Below are positions 1 to 10,477 of a DNA stretch of 64,000 nt, piece after piece; the stretch's first letter is position 1, and each line of letters opens with the position of its first letter. Position numbers and translations under genes: made by a program. The notes under the pieces were generated by a model. It saw nothing but the letters and a program-made list of their open reading frames with translations. It was not told where the DNA came from and did no database searches. The DNA is from Chromatiales bacterium (GTDB taxonomy: Bacteria > Pseudomonadota > Gammaproteobacteria > RBG-16-57-12), in contig JALSJH010000019.1 in NCBI GenBank assembly GCA_026989455.1, positions 14,596 to 78,595 on the forward strand, read 5' to 3'.

Positions 1-2
1 GT

Positions 3-158
3 CGCAAGGCTTCCATCTCATCGGTACAGCGGCGGCTGAAAGTGGGTTATAACCGGGCCGCTAATTTAGTGGAAGAGATGGAGCGTAACGGCGTTATTTC
101 GCCACCACAATCAAATGGTAATCGAGAGGTGTTGGCACCGCCACCACCGGAGGGTTGA
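3..158 (+). CDS. ftsK: DNA translocase FtsK, C-terminal fragment (5'-truncated by window edge)
   Basis: Frame 3 translates [51 protein letters not shown], the FtsK gamma winged-helix C-terminus. Stop TGA at 156-158. lolA follows immediately, as in E. coli. Confidence 0.7.
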   Translation, partial: RKASISSVQRRLKVGYNRAANLVEEMERNGVISPPQSNGNREVLAPPPPEG

Positions 159-781
159 GATTGAAAATATTATTTATTGTACTGTTGGTTGTGACACCTC
201 TATTTTCAGCGTGGGCGGGTGAAGCGAGGAGTCAGCTCGATGCTTTTCATCAACAGATGAAAACCCTGCAAGCTGACTTTGAACAGCAGCTAGTGAGTGA
301 AAAAGGGGAGGTCAGGCAGCATGCGTTTGGCAAGGTATACATTCAGCGCCCTGGCCAGTTTCGCTGGAACTATCATGCCCCCTACGAGCAGATGATTATG
401 GCGGATCACCATAAACTGACGCTCTACGATGTTGACTTAGAGCAGGTGACCATCAAAAAAATAGATGATGCCTTTGGGCAAACCCCCGCCGTTGTTTTGA
501 GTGGTGCGGGTGATCTTGATGAGAGTTTCAACATCATTGAGCTTGAACCCCATGACGGCATGCAGTGGGTAGCGTTGTTGCCGCGTAACAAAGAGGGGAG
601 CTTTGTGCGTATGCAGCTCGGCTTTCTTGAGGGTGAGTTAAGCGTGATGATACTGCAAGATAGTTTTAATCAACTGACGACGATCACCTTGAGCAATGTG
701 GTGCGCAACCAACCATTGCCCGTAGGGATTTTTGAGTTTGAGGTGCCCGAGGGTGTGGATGTTGTGGGTGACCTGGACTGA
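155..781 (+). CDS. lolA: Outer-membrane lipoprotein carrier protein LolA
   Basis: 208 aa with a signal peptide, then LolA-like sequence ([18 protein letters not shown]...). TTG start overlaps the ftsK stop. Conserved ftsK–lolA–rarA order. Confidence 0.85.
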   Translation: MRLKILFIVLLVVTPLFSAWAGEARSQLDAFHQQMKTLQADFEQQLVSEKGEVRQHAFGKVYIQRPGQFRWNYHAPYEQMIMADHHKLTLYDVDLEQVTIKKIDDAFGQTPAVVLSGAGDLDESFNIIELEPHDGMQWVALLPRNKEGSFVRMQLGFLEGELSVMILQDSFNQLTTITLSNVVRNQPLPVGIFEFEVPEGVDVVGDLD

Positions 782-786
782 ATCTG

Positions 787-2115
787 ATGGATGACCTTTT
801 TTCCAGTACCGAAAATGATAACGTACCTTTAGCCGATCGTTTACGCCCTACCGATTTGGATGAATATTTTGGCCAGCAACACCTGCTGGGGGCAGGGAAG
901 CCACTGCGTCAGGCGGTAGAGTCAGGCTCTCTTCACTCAATGATATTCTGGGGGCCACCGGGTACCGGTAAAACCACCCTTGCACGCATGATTGCTAATA
1001 AGGCGCAGGTACTTTTTCTTACTCTTTCCGCTGTGCTCTCGGGGGTTAAAGAGATTCGAGCGAGTGTTGATCAGGCAAAACAAGCTCGGATGCAGGGCAA
1101 AGGGACGGTTCTGTTTGTTGATGAGGTGCATCGCTTTAATAAATCACAACAGGATGCCTTTCTGCCCTATGTCGAGGATGGCACCTTTATTTTTATCGGT
1201 GCGACCACCGAAAACCCCTCATTTGAGCTGAATAATGCGCTACTGTCTCGGGCGCGGGTCTATGTGCTGAAGTCACTCACCCATCACGATATTCGACAAA
1301 TTATCGACCGTGCGCTCAACGATAAAACAGGTGGCTTAGGGGGGCGTAACTTACAAATCCCCCATGAGCAGCGCGAGCAGATTGCACAAGCGGCTGATGG
1401 GGATGGTCGCCGCGCATTAAACCTTCTGGAGATTGCTGTCAGCCTTGCAGAGTCGCGAGAGGGCGTTGAGGTGGTCGATCAATCCACATTGAACGAAGTG
1501 CTCTCCGGTGGTCTGCGTCGTTTTGATAAGAGTGGCGAAGCCTTTTATGATCAAATATCGGCGATGCACAAATCGATGCGCGGCTCCAACCCCGATGCGT
1601 GCCTCTATTGGATGGCACGGATGCTGGATGGAGGTTGTGACCCGCTCTATCTTGCCCGCCGAATTGTTCGTATGGCATCAGAAGATGTTGGCAACGCCGA
1701 TCCACGTGCGCTACAGCTAGCGATGAATGCGTGGAATGTACAGGAGCGTCTCGGCTCCCCGGAGGGTGAGCTGGCCATAGCCCAAGCACTGGTTTATCTC
1801 GCAGTAGCGCCCAAAAGTAACGCAGTATATAAAGCCTATAATGCCGCAATGGCCGATGTGAAAAATCAAGGCTCTATCGAAGTGCCGATCCACCTTCGAA
1901 ATGCGCCCACTAAGCTGATGAAAGAGCTAGGTTATGGTAAAGCTTATCGCTATGCTCACGATGAACCGCACGGCTATGCGGCAGGGGAGAGCTACTTTCC
2001 TGAAGAGATTGGTGTTCGCCATTACTACCAGCCCGTTCCACGAGGAATGGAGCAGAAAATCACTGAAAAACTCAAATTTCTGAAAGAGTTGGATGCGCAA
2101 GCGTTAAAAGAGTAA
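787..2115 (+). CDS. rarA: Replication-associated recombination protein A (AAA+ ATPase RarA/MgsA)
   Basis: 442 aa. Walker [32 protein letters not shown] and RarA C-terminal domains. Position after lolA is conserved. Confidence 0.9.
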   Translation: MDDLFSSTENDNVPLADRLRPTDLDEYFGQQHLLGAGKPLRQAVESGSLHSMIFWGPPGTGKTTLARMIANKAQVLFLTLSAVLSGVKEIRASVDQAKQARMQGKGTVLFVDEVHRFNKSQQDAFLPYVEDGTFIFIGATTENPSFELNNALLSRARVYVLKSLTHHDIRQIIDRALNDKTGGLGGRNLQIPHEQREQIAQAADGDGRRALNLLEIAVSLAESREGVEVVDQSTLNEVLSGGLRRFDKSGEAFYDQISAMHKSMRGSNPDACLYWMARMLDGGCDPLYLARRIVRMASEDVGNADPRALQLAMNAWNVQERLGSPEGELAIAQALVYLAVAPKSNAVYKAYNAAMADVKNQGSIEVPIHLRNAPTKLMKELGYGKAYRYAHDEPHGYAAGESYFPEEIGVRHYYQPVPRGMEQKITEKLKFLKELDAQALKE

Positions 2116-2212
2116 AAGCCGTATTCAAAAAAACATGAAAATAACACCAATGAATGGGTTTTGTTATGATGGTAAGAGATTTGTTAACCGATTGAATGAC
2201 TGGAATTAACCT

Positions 2213-2674
2213 GTGACCAATAATGATATTTTACGCCGTCTTCGTTACACCTTCGATTTCAACGACTCGAAAATGATGCGGCTTTTTAGCCAGGCGGACC
2301 AGCAGGTTACGCGGGCGCAGGTGAGTGCTTGGTTAAAAAAAGATGACGATCCGGGTTACCAAGCTTGTCGTGACATCGAACTAGCTATTTTTCTCAATGG
2401 CATGATCAATGAGATGCGGGGTAAAAGAGAAGGGCCGCAACCTGAGCCGGAAAAACGCTTGAACAATAATATTATTTTTAGAAAGCTCAAAATTGCGCTG
2501 AATTTGCAGAGTGATGCTGTGTTGGATGTGTTGGCGCTGGCAGGTCAGCGTATGAGCCAGCATGAGCTGAGTGCTTTTTTCCGCAAGCCGGAACATAAGC
2601 ACTATCGTCTTTGCAAGGATCAGGTATTACGCAATTTTTTAAAGGGGCTGCAACTTAAGAATAAGCCCGCATAA
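2213..2674 (+). CDS. DUF1456 family protein (YehS-like)
   Basis: 153 aa, GTG start. Strong resemblance to E. coli YehS (MxxNDILRRLRY..., RGKREG, NNNIIFRKLKIALNL, HELSAFFRKPEHKHYRLCKDQVLRNFLKGLQL). Confidence 0.7.
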   Translation: MTNNDILRRLRYTFDFNDSKMMRLFSQADQQVTRAQVSAWLKKDDDPGYQACRDIELAIFLNGMINEMRGKREGPQPEPEKRLNNNIIFRKLKIALNLQSDAVLDVLALAGQRMSQHELSAFFRKPEHKHYRLCKDQVLRNFLKGLQLKNKPA

Positions 2675-2712
2675 AAGCTCAGCCCCCTTGGTGGATAACT
2701 CAGACCATCTTC

Positions 2713-4785
2713 TTACTCTTCAAAGTTGTAGTGCATCTCTCGATCAGGCTGTTGCAAGTAGTATCCCTGGACAAAGTTGACACCACTCTGCCAAAGAACC
2801 GCCAAGGTGTTGGCATCATGCACAAACTCCGCGATGGTTTGCATATTGTTGGTTTGTGCCATCTCTGAAATCTTTTTAGCAATCTCTTGTGCACCTTTGT
2901 CGTTGGCCAGTGTGCCTATTAATGATCCATCAATTTTAAGGAAATGAGCCTTAAGCCGGGTAAGGTAATCAATTGATTCCGGAAGCCCTAAAACATGCCC
3001 GATGGCGGTGAGGCAGTGGAGTTGATTGATCATGTTAATAAAGGCTTCAGACTCTTTTTTATGCCTCAGAACGTGTTCCTGGTCGAGTTCAAAGATTAAG
3101 TTGTCACCGGGGATGCGTGAATCCCGAAGGTATTTACTGATCCACTTGATGGTCTCTGGATCCAGTAGTGACTCTTCAGATAGTTTGATGAAAAGTTGTA
3201 ATTTTTTGCCTTGCTGACGTTGCTTGATGAGTGTGTTGATGCTGTTAACAATGACCCAACGATCAAACATCTTCATCAAACCAGGCTCTTGCGCGGCGGC
3301 TGGGAAAAAGTCACTGGGGGTGATCTCTTCATTTTCACTGTTCACCATGCGCAGTAGCACTTGGTAGCGCTCACCCGGTGTCGCATGCAGGCTGACGATG
3401 GGTTGAAAAACCAATCTGAAACCGTTCTCTTTAAGTGCGGTTTTAATCAGGTCCGTGTCGCAGCTGCTTTCAACTTCATCCGGTGTTGATGTGGCATCCT
3501 GTGGCATCTGTGCCCGGTTTCCTCCCGCTTGGTGTGCACTGTTGCAGGCACGTTCCAGTTCTACTAATACTTTTTCTGCGGAGTGCTCTCTATTTTTAAG
3601 TGGTGCACAACCAATGCTAACTGAGGTTATTATCTCTTGATCATCAATTAGAAAGTGAGCGCTGGCAATCGCGCTGCATATCTCTTGGGAGAGCTGGTTG
3701 ATTTCGCTTTCTGAAGATACTGGGTGATGGCAGGCAAACATCTCATCAGCAAAACGTGCCAAATTGCTGGCGTTTTTAAGTATTGGCTGAATGATGTCGG
3801 TGATATCTCGTAGAATCATGTCACAGCCAGCGATGCCGAGTTGCTGCTGTAGTTCGGGGTAGTTATCCAGCTTGATAAGAAGCACCGCGTGAGGAAACTC
3901 ATCCCATGCTGCTGGATCTGCCATGAATACTTTTAACTGCTCGATAAAGTGGCCACGGTTATTTAAGTTAGTGACAAGGTCTTTGTTGCTCAGCTCCAGC
4001 AGTTTCTGGTTAAGCTCTTCATCGTAACTCTGATCCTGTATCACTAGTTGGATGCTGGCTTCACCTTCTAGCAGTGCTTCAGTGAAGTCGATACTGACGT
4101 TAAACAGTTGTGTCCCTTTGATTGCAGCGCAGTTGAGTGTGGCGTGAGCCAGCTCTTGCCGACTAAATTGCCGCAAGATACTTTTTACCTCATCGCGGGA
4201 ATCTTTATCAATCAAGTCTAGCAGTGGTGTGCTGTCGAGTTTGTCCTGCTCTTCAAGGTCGAACATTTCAAGGTATGAGGTGTTGGTGTATGCATGCATT
4301 CCATCTTGAATGTAGGCGATGGCATCACGAGAGCTATCCATCAATATGCGATTCCGTTGCTGCTCCTCTTCTGTTTTTCGCTGAGCATGGTGCAGTTGAT
4401 TTTGCAGGGTGTGGGCACTGATCATTCTTGGGAGTAGAACCTCAAGAACTTTGATTTGATCATGTTCGATAATCTGGGTGGCACCCGCCATATAGAGCGC
4501 ATGGGTGGCATTGCAGCGCTCCTTTTGGCACAGGTAGACGGTAATGAGATTGGGCTGTTGTATGCTGATTTGTTGTTGCAGCGTCAGTGGTGGCAGGTCG
4601 ATTGCGGTGGTGTTGATTATGAATACATCCCAAACTTTTTCGGAAAATGCATCTTGTAGCGCATCGCTATCTTTTATTGATCTGTCTCTTACCGCAAATC
4701 CGGCATTTTTGAGGATATTGATGTATTGTTCACGCTGCTCCTGCTCATGTTCCCACATGAGAAGGTTAAGAATATTCTTTTTCAA
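2713..4785 (-). CDS. FimX-like c-di-GMP signalling protein: degenerate REC – PAS – degenerate GGDEF – degenerate EAL
   Basis: 690 aa. N-terminal receiver-like region without the phospho-accepting context, then a PAS-like segment. GGDEF position reads RFADEMF. The EAL domain is recognisable (ENGFRLVFQPIVSL, FDRWV, KIDGS, QGYY), but the EALLR motif reads QVLLR and the DDFGTG catalytic loop reads TAIGHV. This matches the architecture and length of Pseudomonas FimX (about 691 aa). Confidence 0.7.
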   Translation of the reverse strand: MKKNILNLLMWEHEQEQREQYINILKNAGFAVRDRSIKDSDALQDAFSEKVWDVFIINTTAIDLPPLTLQQQISIQQPNLITVYLCQKERCNATHALYMAGATQIIEHDQIKVLEVLLPRMISAHTLQNQLHHAQRKTEEEQQRNRILMDSSRDAIAYIQDGMHAYTNTSYLEMFDLEEQDKLDSTPLLDLIDKDSRDEVKSILRQFSRQELAHATLNCAAIKGTQLFNVSIDFTEALLEGEASIQLVIQDQSYDEELNQKLLELSNKDLVTNLNNRGHFIEQLKVFMADPAAWDEFPHAVLLIKLDNYPELQQQLGIAGCDMILRDITDIIQPILKNASNLARFADEMFACHHPVSSESEINQLSQEICSAIASAHFLIDDQEIITSVSIGCAPLKNREHSAEKVLVELERACNSAHQAGGNRAQMPQDATSTPDEVESSCDTDLIKTALKENGFRLVFQPIVSLHATPGERYQVLLRMVNSENEEITPSDFFPAAAQEPGLMKMFDRWVIVNSINTLIKQRQQGKKLQLFIKLSEESLLDPETIKWISKYLRDSRIPGDNLIFELDQEHVLRHKKESEAFINMINQLHCLTAIGHVLGLPESIDYLTRLKAHFLKIDGSLIGTLANDKGAQEIAKKISEMAQTNNMQTIAEFVHDANTLAVLWQSGVNFVQGYYLQQPDREMHYNFEE

Positions 4786-4854
4786 TAGGGTTCCTTTCTT
4801 GTACTGCTTGATGGTTTTTTATTGGCGCATCCGCATGTGCAAAGGTCTCAGAAA

Positions 4855-6600
4855 TTAAAGAAGCTCCCAAGCATTGTCCAAGCTGTCATCACTGCCCCGG
4901 GTATCGATAGCCTTCTTCGAAGCAATCTTGGCTATTTGCTCTATGCTCTCATATTGATACAGGGCGTGGCCACCTCCACGCTTGGTCTGCTGCTTGAGTA
5001 GTACCAGTGTATCTTCATCTCTGTGGTGCAAAGTTATCCGCTGGCCTTCTTTAAAGGTATTGGGGGTGACCAGGGTTGCGGGCTGTTTGATTGCGCTCAG
5101 TTCAGGAAGCAGTAGCGCCCGCATTTTGTGTTGTGCCTCGGGGTGTACCTCTTCAGCATATAAACTAATCTCAACCGGAGTGGCGCTGGGGGCAATGAGC
5201 TCAATGCCAATGACCAGTTCATTGCCCGTTGTTTGATGTACCCAGCGAATCAACGCCAATCCAAACTGCTTTCCTGATCCGTTAAAACCTTTATGTAAGC
5301 TAACCAATTCACCCACCTTGAGGCCATTGGCGGTTGTATTTTGTTTGAATTTTAGCTTGTAACCATTTGCGCTCTCATCAATAACATCGAAGTCATGGGT
5401 TTTATATTCAACCGGTTTGCTAGCGCGGTCTTCGCCGAAAACAGTTGTAGTCGTGGCTTCGCGGTATACATTCCAGACATCGGGTGCATCGTCACGCCCG
5501 ACGCTGGTGACGAATGAGTTCATGTAGCAGGCTGGGCGTGCAACATCATGGTTGCCGTGGCCAATATGGTGGCTGAGCATCCAGTGGATTGCACTGATAC
5601 CAATTGCCAAGGTAAACATATCTGATTTTTCTGAGCGGCTAAATACTCTCTTCTGCTCGCCTCCCAATTGTTTTTGTAGGCGCTGCAAGGTCTCTTTGTG
5701 CAGTGCGGTTAAGCTGGGGTTGCTGCGGCTCTTGGTTATTTCATCTTGCAGTGAAGAGCGCAGACTACTGGTGTCAATGATTCGCCAGCTTTCGCTCTGT
5801 TGTGTGGGCTTTTCAAGATATAACGGTCCATCATCACTGTTTAGGTTTATGAATAGGGCGTGTAGTCCCGGAGTATATTTCTCCATGCTGAGTAGGCGGC
5901 AGCTAGAGACCCAAGTTTCTAAAAGGTGGTTAAGTTGGGTTATCTCACGTTGCTCCAGACAAGCAGGTGTGGAGGCCGTGAGGAGCAGTGCCTGTTTGAA
6001 GCGATTAACAACGCTCCAAGGGGAGCGGCTGCCAAAAACAGCAATATCCGCAAGGGAGAGCTGTTCTGCATACTGCATGATCAGACACTGCTCACGCCAG
6101 AAGCTTTTAGGTATTGTGCTGTAGGTCAGGTACAGGCATAACAGGAGCCGGTTATTAAAGGCTAGGTGGCTTTGCATTACGGTCGCTAGTCGCAGGCGAC
6201 TTTTGCTTGACCCACCCTCGTTGAGGCTGTCAAGAATGATGGATTTATGGGCAATAACGACCTCATGTAGCAAGCTTTGTGCTAGACGTGCTATTTTTTT
6301 ATTTTTTGCGGGGAAGGGTAGCGATAGCCCAATGTAGTGTTTTTCCATCGCCTCAAGAATGTAGTCGATGGGGTCGTACAGCTGCTGGATTAACCGCTCT
6401 CTTTCGGTAGAGGGCAGTTTAAGGGCGTTTGATTCAGTGAGTAGCGCGTAGACCTGCTTCGCCATCAGGCCTAAATTAGCACGTGGCATATCCGCTAGCC
6501 ACTGCTCTATCGCTTTTGAGCGTAGGTCGCGACTACTTTTTGTCTGAGCTTGCTGCTCAGGTATTTTGAAACTGAAACTTTTCACCCTACATATTTCCAT
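4855..6600 (-). CDS. Hypothetical protein (581 aa), upstream partner of the FimX-like gene
   Basis: Long ORF with coding-like composition on the same strand, 69 bp upstream of the FimX-like gene. Soluble, no TM segments. The C-terminal about 120 aa is beta-rich with a weak PilZ-like pattern (GFNGSGKQFGLALIRW). No confident family assignment. Confidence 0.6.
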   Translation of the reverse strand: MEICRVKSFSFKIPEQQAQTKSSRDLRSKAIEQWLADMPRANLGLMAKQVYALLTESNALKLPSTERERLIQQLYDPIDYILEAMEKHYIGLSLPFPAKNKKIARLAQSLLHEVVIAHKSIILDSLNEGGSSKSRLRLATVMQSHLAFNNRLLLCLYLTYSTIPKSFWREQCLIMQYAEQLSLADIAVFGSRSPWSVVNRFKQALLLTASTPACLEQREITQLNHLLETWVSSCRLLSMEKYTPGLHALFINLNSDDGPLYLEKPTQQSESWRIIDTSSLRSSLQDEITKSRSNPSLTALHKETLQRLQKQLGGEQKRVFSRSEKSDMFTLAIGISAIHWMLSHHIGHGNHDVARPACYMNSFVTSVGRDDAPDVWNVYREATTTTVFGEDRASKPVEYKTHDFDVIDESANGYKLKFKQNTTANGLKVGELVSLHKGFNGSGKQFGLALIRWVHQTTGNELVIGIELIAPSATPVEISLYAEEVHPEAQHKMRALLLPELSAIKQPATLVTPNTFKEGQRITLHHRDEDTLVLLKQQTKRGGGHALYQYESIEQIAKIASKKAIDTRGSDDSLDNAWELL

Positions 6601-6705
6601 TCATGCTTCTTAGGCTTGTCGCCTAAATAGAAGGCGCCGCGTACTCTATTCCAATGAAATAGTCTAGTCGCTATGTTAAAAAAATGCAACTTTCTGTGAT
6701 GCGAC

Positions 6706-7713
6706 TCACGTTATAACGGTTTTATTCGGCTCTCCTGCCAGCTCTTGAACCAAGGTGGGCACAAGATAGCCTGGGAGCTCCGCTTTGAGCTCTCTATGTA
6801 GTTGTCGCGCCTGTTTGAGCGGGATGTCGAAGTGTGCGGCGCCCGATGTTTTATCCAGTAGGTGAAGGTAGTATGGGATGATTCGGTGTCCAAATAGTTT
6901 TTCACTGAGCGCTTTGAGTGATGAGACTGAATCGTTGACTCCTTTTAACAGTACACTTTGATTAAATAGCGTGATACCGCTGCGGGAGAGCTTTTCGATG
7001 GCACTTTCCACTTGGTGATCAAATTCATTAGCGTGGTTGAAGTGAAGAACCACTATTTGTTGTAGGCGGCTATGGTTTAAGGTCTCCAGTAGCCTGTCGG
7101 TGATGCGGCTGGGTAGTACAACAGGCTGGCGGGTGTGAATGCGTAGTCGCTTGAGGTGAGGGATGGTGTCGAGCTTGGATATAATCTGTTCGAGGCGCTC
7201 ATCGCTGAGCGACAGGGGGTCGCCGCCGCTGAGAATAACTTCACTTAAACTGCCATCGCCTGCAATATATGCCATGGCTTGAGTGAGTGACTCTTCATCT
7301 AGCCGCGATGCTTGGTAAGGGAAATGGCGGCGAAAGCAGTAGCGGCAATGCACTGCGCAAGCGGCTGTGGTGATTAATAGACAGCGGCCCGAATATTTGT
7401 GCAGCAATCCGGGAAGTTTTATTGATGCGTTGTCTCCTACCGGGTCAATGCTATAGCCATTAACCTGATCAAGCTCCTCCCCTTGTGGCAATATTTGAAG
7501 TAATAGCGGGTCGTTGGGGTCGCCTGGGCGCATGCGTGAAAGGTAGCTTTCGGTGACGCGCAAAGGGAATTGCTTGCACGCCTGATATCTGTCAGCAAGT
7601 TGATGGTGACAGAGGTTGAGCCGACTAAGCAGCACTTCGGGGTCTCGAATTGCCCCGGCCAGTTCATTTTGCCATGCAGAGACCTGCCATATTGTGTTTG
7701 TTCGCGCTATCAT
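6706..7713 (-). CDS. epmB: EF-P beta-lysylation protein EpmB (lysine 2,3-aminomutase-like radical SAM)
   Basis: 335 aa. Radical-SAM CAVHCRYCFRR motif. Strong similarity to E. coli EpmB/YjeK. Divergent from efp. Confidence 0.85.
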   Translation of the reverse strand: MIARTNTIWQVSAWQNELAGAIRDPEVLLSRLNLCHHQLADRYQACKQFPLRVTESYLSRMRPGDPNDPLLLQILPQGEELDQVNGYSIDPVGDNASIKLPGLLHKYSGRCLLITTAACAVHCRYCFRRHFPYQASRLDEESLTQAMAYIAGDGSLSEVILSGGDPLSLSDERLEQIISKLDTIPHLKRLRIHTRQPVVLPSRITDRLLETLNHSRLQQIVVLHFNHANEFDHQVESAIEKLSRSGITLFNQSVLLKGVNDSVSSLKALSEKLFGHRIIPYYLHLLDKTSGAAHFDIPLKQARQLHRELKAELPGYLVPTLVQELAGEPNKTVIT

Positions 7714-7768
7714 GTGGCTCTTTAATGTGTTCTAAATAATTGACTGATTTTCTCAGAATGAGGGTGAA

Positions 7769-8338
7769 ATGGCTACATACAGTACTAATGAGTTTCGAGG
7801 CGGTTTGAAAATCATGCTTGATGGTGACCCTTGTGCGGTGATTGAAAATGAATTTGTAAAGCCGGGCAAGGGGCAGGCGTTTAACCGTGTGAAGATTCGT
7901 AACTTGAAAACGGGCCGAGTGGTTGAGCGTACCTTTAAGTCGGGTGAGAGCGTTGAAGCGGCGGATGTTATGGATACTGATATGCAGTATCTCTACACGG
8001 ATGGTGAGTTTTGGTATTTTATGGATGCTAACACCTTTGAGCAAGTTGGTGCGTCTGAATCAGCCGTTGCGGGTACCAAACAGTGGTTGAAAGAGCAGGA
8101 TACCTACACACTGACGTTATGGAACGATGCTCCCATCTCCGTTACGCCGCCAAATTTTGTTGATCTGACGGTGACGGAGACAGATCCGGGCGTTCGCGGT
8201 GATACTTCGGGTGGTGGTGGTAAACCGGCAACATTGGAGACGGGGGCGGTTGTTCGTGTGCCGCTCTTCATTAATATCGGTGATATGTTGAAAGTGGACA
8301 CGCGCTCAGGTGAGTATGTTTCACGCGCAAAGGAGTAA
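7769..8338 (+). CDS. efp: Elongation factor P
   Basis: 189 aa, [38 protein letters not shown]... with the conserved KPGKG loop (lysylation site). Confidence 0.92.
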   Translation: MATYSTNEFRGGLKIMLDGDPCAVIENEFVKPGKGQAFNRVKIRNLKTGRVVERTFKSGESVEAADVMDTDMQYLYTDGEFWYFMDANTFEQVGASESAVAGTKQWLKEQDTYTLTLWNDAPISVTPPNFVDLTVTETDPGVRGDTSGGGGKPATLETGAVVRVPLFINIGDMLKVDTRSGEYVSRAKE

Positions 8339-8344
8339 TGACCG

Positions 8345-9340
8345 GTGGTTTCTGGTGACATCGGGTGGCGCTCTTCAGCAACACTGGAAAGCCTGAAAAT
8401 AAGAGCCGCTATTTTATCCAAAATACGTGGCTTTTTTTCTGCCCGTGAAGTGCTAGAGGTGGAGACACCTGTTTTGAGCCAGGCAGCCCTAAGTGACCCC
8501 TCTATTGAGAGCTTTAGCACCCGTTACGTGGGGCCTGGGTTTGCCCAGGGGCGGAATTTCTACCTTCACACCTCGCCCGAATTTGCTATGAAACGGCTGC
8601 TCGCATCCGGCTGTGGTGCGATATATCAAATTTGCAAAGTGTTTCGTCAAGGGGAGAGTGGGCGACGCCATAATCCGGAGTTTACGTTGCTGGAGTGGTA
8701 CCGACCCGGCTGGGATCACCACCAATTGATGCTCGAAGTTGAAACCTTGGTGTGTGAGCTGTTAGCACCGTATTGTGATTTGGCGGTGACTGAGAGGGTG
8801 ACTTATCAAGATGCTTTTTCACGCTATGTCGGTATAGACCCCTTTTCTGCGACTATTGATGAGTTGAAGGCGTGCGCTGATGCTTTGGGCATTTCAATAG
8901 CGTGGGATAGTGGCGATGCCACTCGGGATGAGTGGCTTGATTTAATTTTAAGCCACGCCATCGAGCCGCAGCTGGGGCTGGGGAAGTTGACGTTTTTGTG
9001 TGATTACCCGCCTTCGCAGGCTGCACTCGCGGTTGTCAGGCCGGGGGATCCCGCTGTGGCTGAACGCTTTGAGCTCTATCTGGAGGGTGTGGAGCTGGCG
9101 AATGGTTTCCATGAGCTGGTGGATGCAGATGAGCAGCGGCAGCGTTTTGAGTGTGATATCACTCAGCGGGGTGAATTAGGCTTGGTGCAAAACCCGCTGG
9201 ACGAGGCGCTTCTTTCCGCTTTATCGTCCGGTATGCCGCCCAGTGCGGGTGTTGCACTGGGGGTGGATCGTTTGCTGATGTTGGCCTGCGGTGTGGACTT
9301 GATTGAAAAGGTGATGACCTTTGACCTGTCGAGATCGTGA
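8345..9340 (+). CDS. epmA: EF-P–lysine lysyltransferase EpmA (PoxA/GenX, class II aaRS-like)
   Basis: 331 aa, class-II lysyl-tRNA-synthetase-like catalytic core (FYLHTSPEFAMKRLLA, GFHEL, GVALGVDRL). Immediately downstream of efp. The true start may be slightly downstream. Confidence 0.85.
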   Translation: MVSGDIGWRSSATLESLKIRAAILSKIRGFFSAREVLEVETPVLSQAALSDPSIESFSTRYVGPGFAQGRNFYLHTSPEFAMKRLLASGCGAIYQICKVFRQGESGRRHNPEFTLLEWYRPGWDHHQLMLEVETLVCELLAPYCDLAVTERVTYQDAFSRYVGIDPFSATIDELKACADALGISIAWDSGDATRDEWLDLILSHAIEPQLGLGKLTFLCDYPPSQAALAVVRPGDPAVAERFELYLEGVELANGFHELVDADEQRQRFECDITQRGELGLVQNPLDEALLSALSSGMPPSAGVALGVDRLLMLACGVDLIEKVMTFDLSRS

Positions 9341-9365
9341 CTACACCGAATAGTTACTCGAACTC

Positions 9366-9533
9366 TTAATCGGGCTTCTGATTTTCCCACTTTTCAAAGC
9401 ACGCCTGGCCACAGAAGTGGTAAACATATTCAACACCCTCTTCACGCTTTGCCAGATCTTTTGGAATCTCTTTCATACAGATTTGGCAAGCGAGTATTTC
9501 GGGTTCTTCCGGCTTAAGTTTTGGGTCGCTCAT
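9366..9533 (-). CDS. Small zinc-ribbon protein (55 aa; DUF3330-like), not in the supplied ORF track
   Basis: Reverse strand encodes MSDPKLKPEEPEILACQICMKEIPKDLAKREEGVEYVYHFCGQACFEKWENQKPD* (CxxC...CxxxC). Strong SD, AGGAGAAGAGATT-ATG. Directly downstream of psd on the same strand. Confidence 0.5.
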   Translation of the reverse strand: MSDPKLKPEEPEILACQICMKEIPKDLAKREEGVEYVYHFCGQACFEKWENQKPD

Positions 9534-9586
9534 AATCTCTTCTCCTGAAATGCTGCACTACCCTGAGTGTAGTTCAGTTTGGTCAA

Positions 9587-10477
9587 TTATGCTTGCGGAT
9601 GGTGCTCGGCTAGTAACTCCCCTAGTCGGACACGCTCACCGGCTTGGATGTTGTCGGCAAACGTTATCTCAGGGTTGGCAAATAACATAATGACGGTTGA
9701 ACCCATGTTAAAGCGCCCCATCTCCGCCCCTTTTGTAAATGAGACACTCTGTTCGCCTTCATAATGCCACTGTTTAACATTGTGACGTGAGGGAGGGGTT
9801 ACTACACCGTGCCATACGGTTTCGATGCTACCGACAAAAATAGCCCCCACCAGGATCATCGCCATGGGGCCGTGCTCGGTCTCAAACAGTGTGACTACCC
9901 GCTCATTACGTGCAAACAATCCGGGGATAACTTTGGCTGACGCACTGTTGACGCTGAATAGCCGACCTGGAACGTGCAGCATTTGCGTCAATGTGGCATC
10001 ACAGGGCATGTGGATGCGGTGGTAATCTTTAGGCGAGAGATAGATAGTGGCAAAACTTCCGTTGTTGAATGTTTCGGTTAGTTGCGGCTCTCCACCCACT
10101 AATGCTTCTAGGGTGTAGTCATGTCCTTTAGCTTGATAGATTCGACCATCACTAATGGCTCCCGCCTGGCTGATAGCGCCATCCACAGGGCATGCGAATC
10201 GATTGTTGCCGGTAATGATCTCCCGTGCATCGTCTCGAAGCTCACGGGTGAAGAAGTGATTGAAGGTAGGGTAGGCCGTCAACTCGGGCTGTTTCGCCTC
10301 ATTCATATCGATATTGAACTGCTTGGCAAACCAGCGAATATGCCTGTTTTTGAAAGGGGCAAAACGGATTCTGGTGAGTGCTAACATCGCTCTTGAGAGT
10401 AGGTGTTGTGGTAGGAGATAGAGGGGGGCCGCTTTAAGGTAGTCAAGCAGAGTGGCAGTCGATTCGTCTTGTTTCAT
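9587..10477 (-). CDS. psd: Phosphatidylserine decarboxylase proenzyme
   Basis: 296 aa. LSPKDYHRIHMP, the self-cleavage site FNMGSTVIML (LGST-type), high similarity to E. coli Psd. Confidence 0.9.
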   Translation of the reverse strand: MKQDESTATLLDYLKAAPLYLLPQHLLSRAMLALTRIRFAPFKNRHIRWFAKQFNIDMNEAKQPELTAYPTFNHFFTRELRDDAREIITGNNRFACPVDGAISQAGAISDGRIYQAKGHDYTLEALVGGEPQLTETFNNGSFATIYLSPKDYHRIHMPCDATLTQMLHVPGRLFSVNSASAKVIPGLFARNERVVTLFETEHGPMAMILVGAIFVGSIETVWHGVVTPPSRHNVKQWHYEGEQSVSFTKGAEMGRFNMGSTVIMLFANPEITFADNIQAGERVRLGELLAEHHPQA

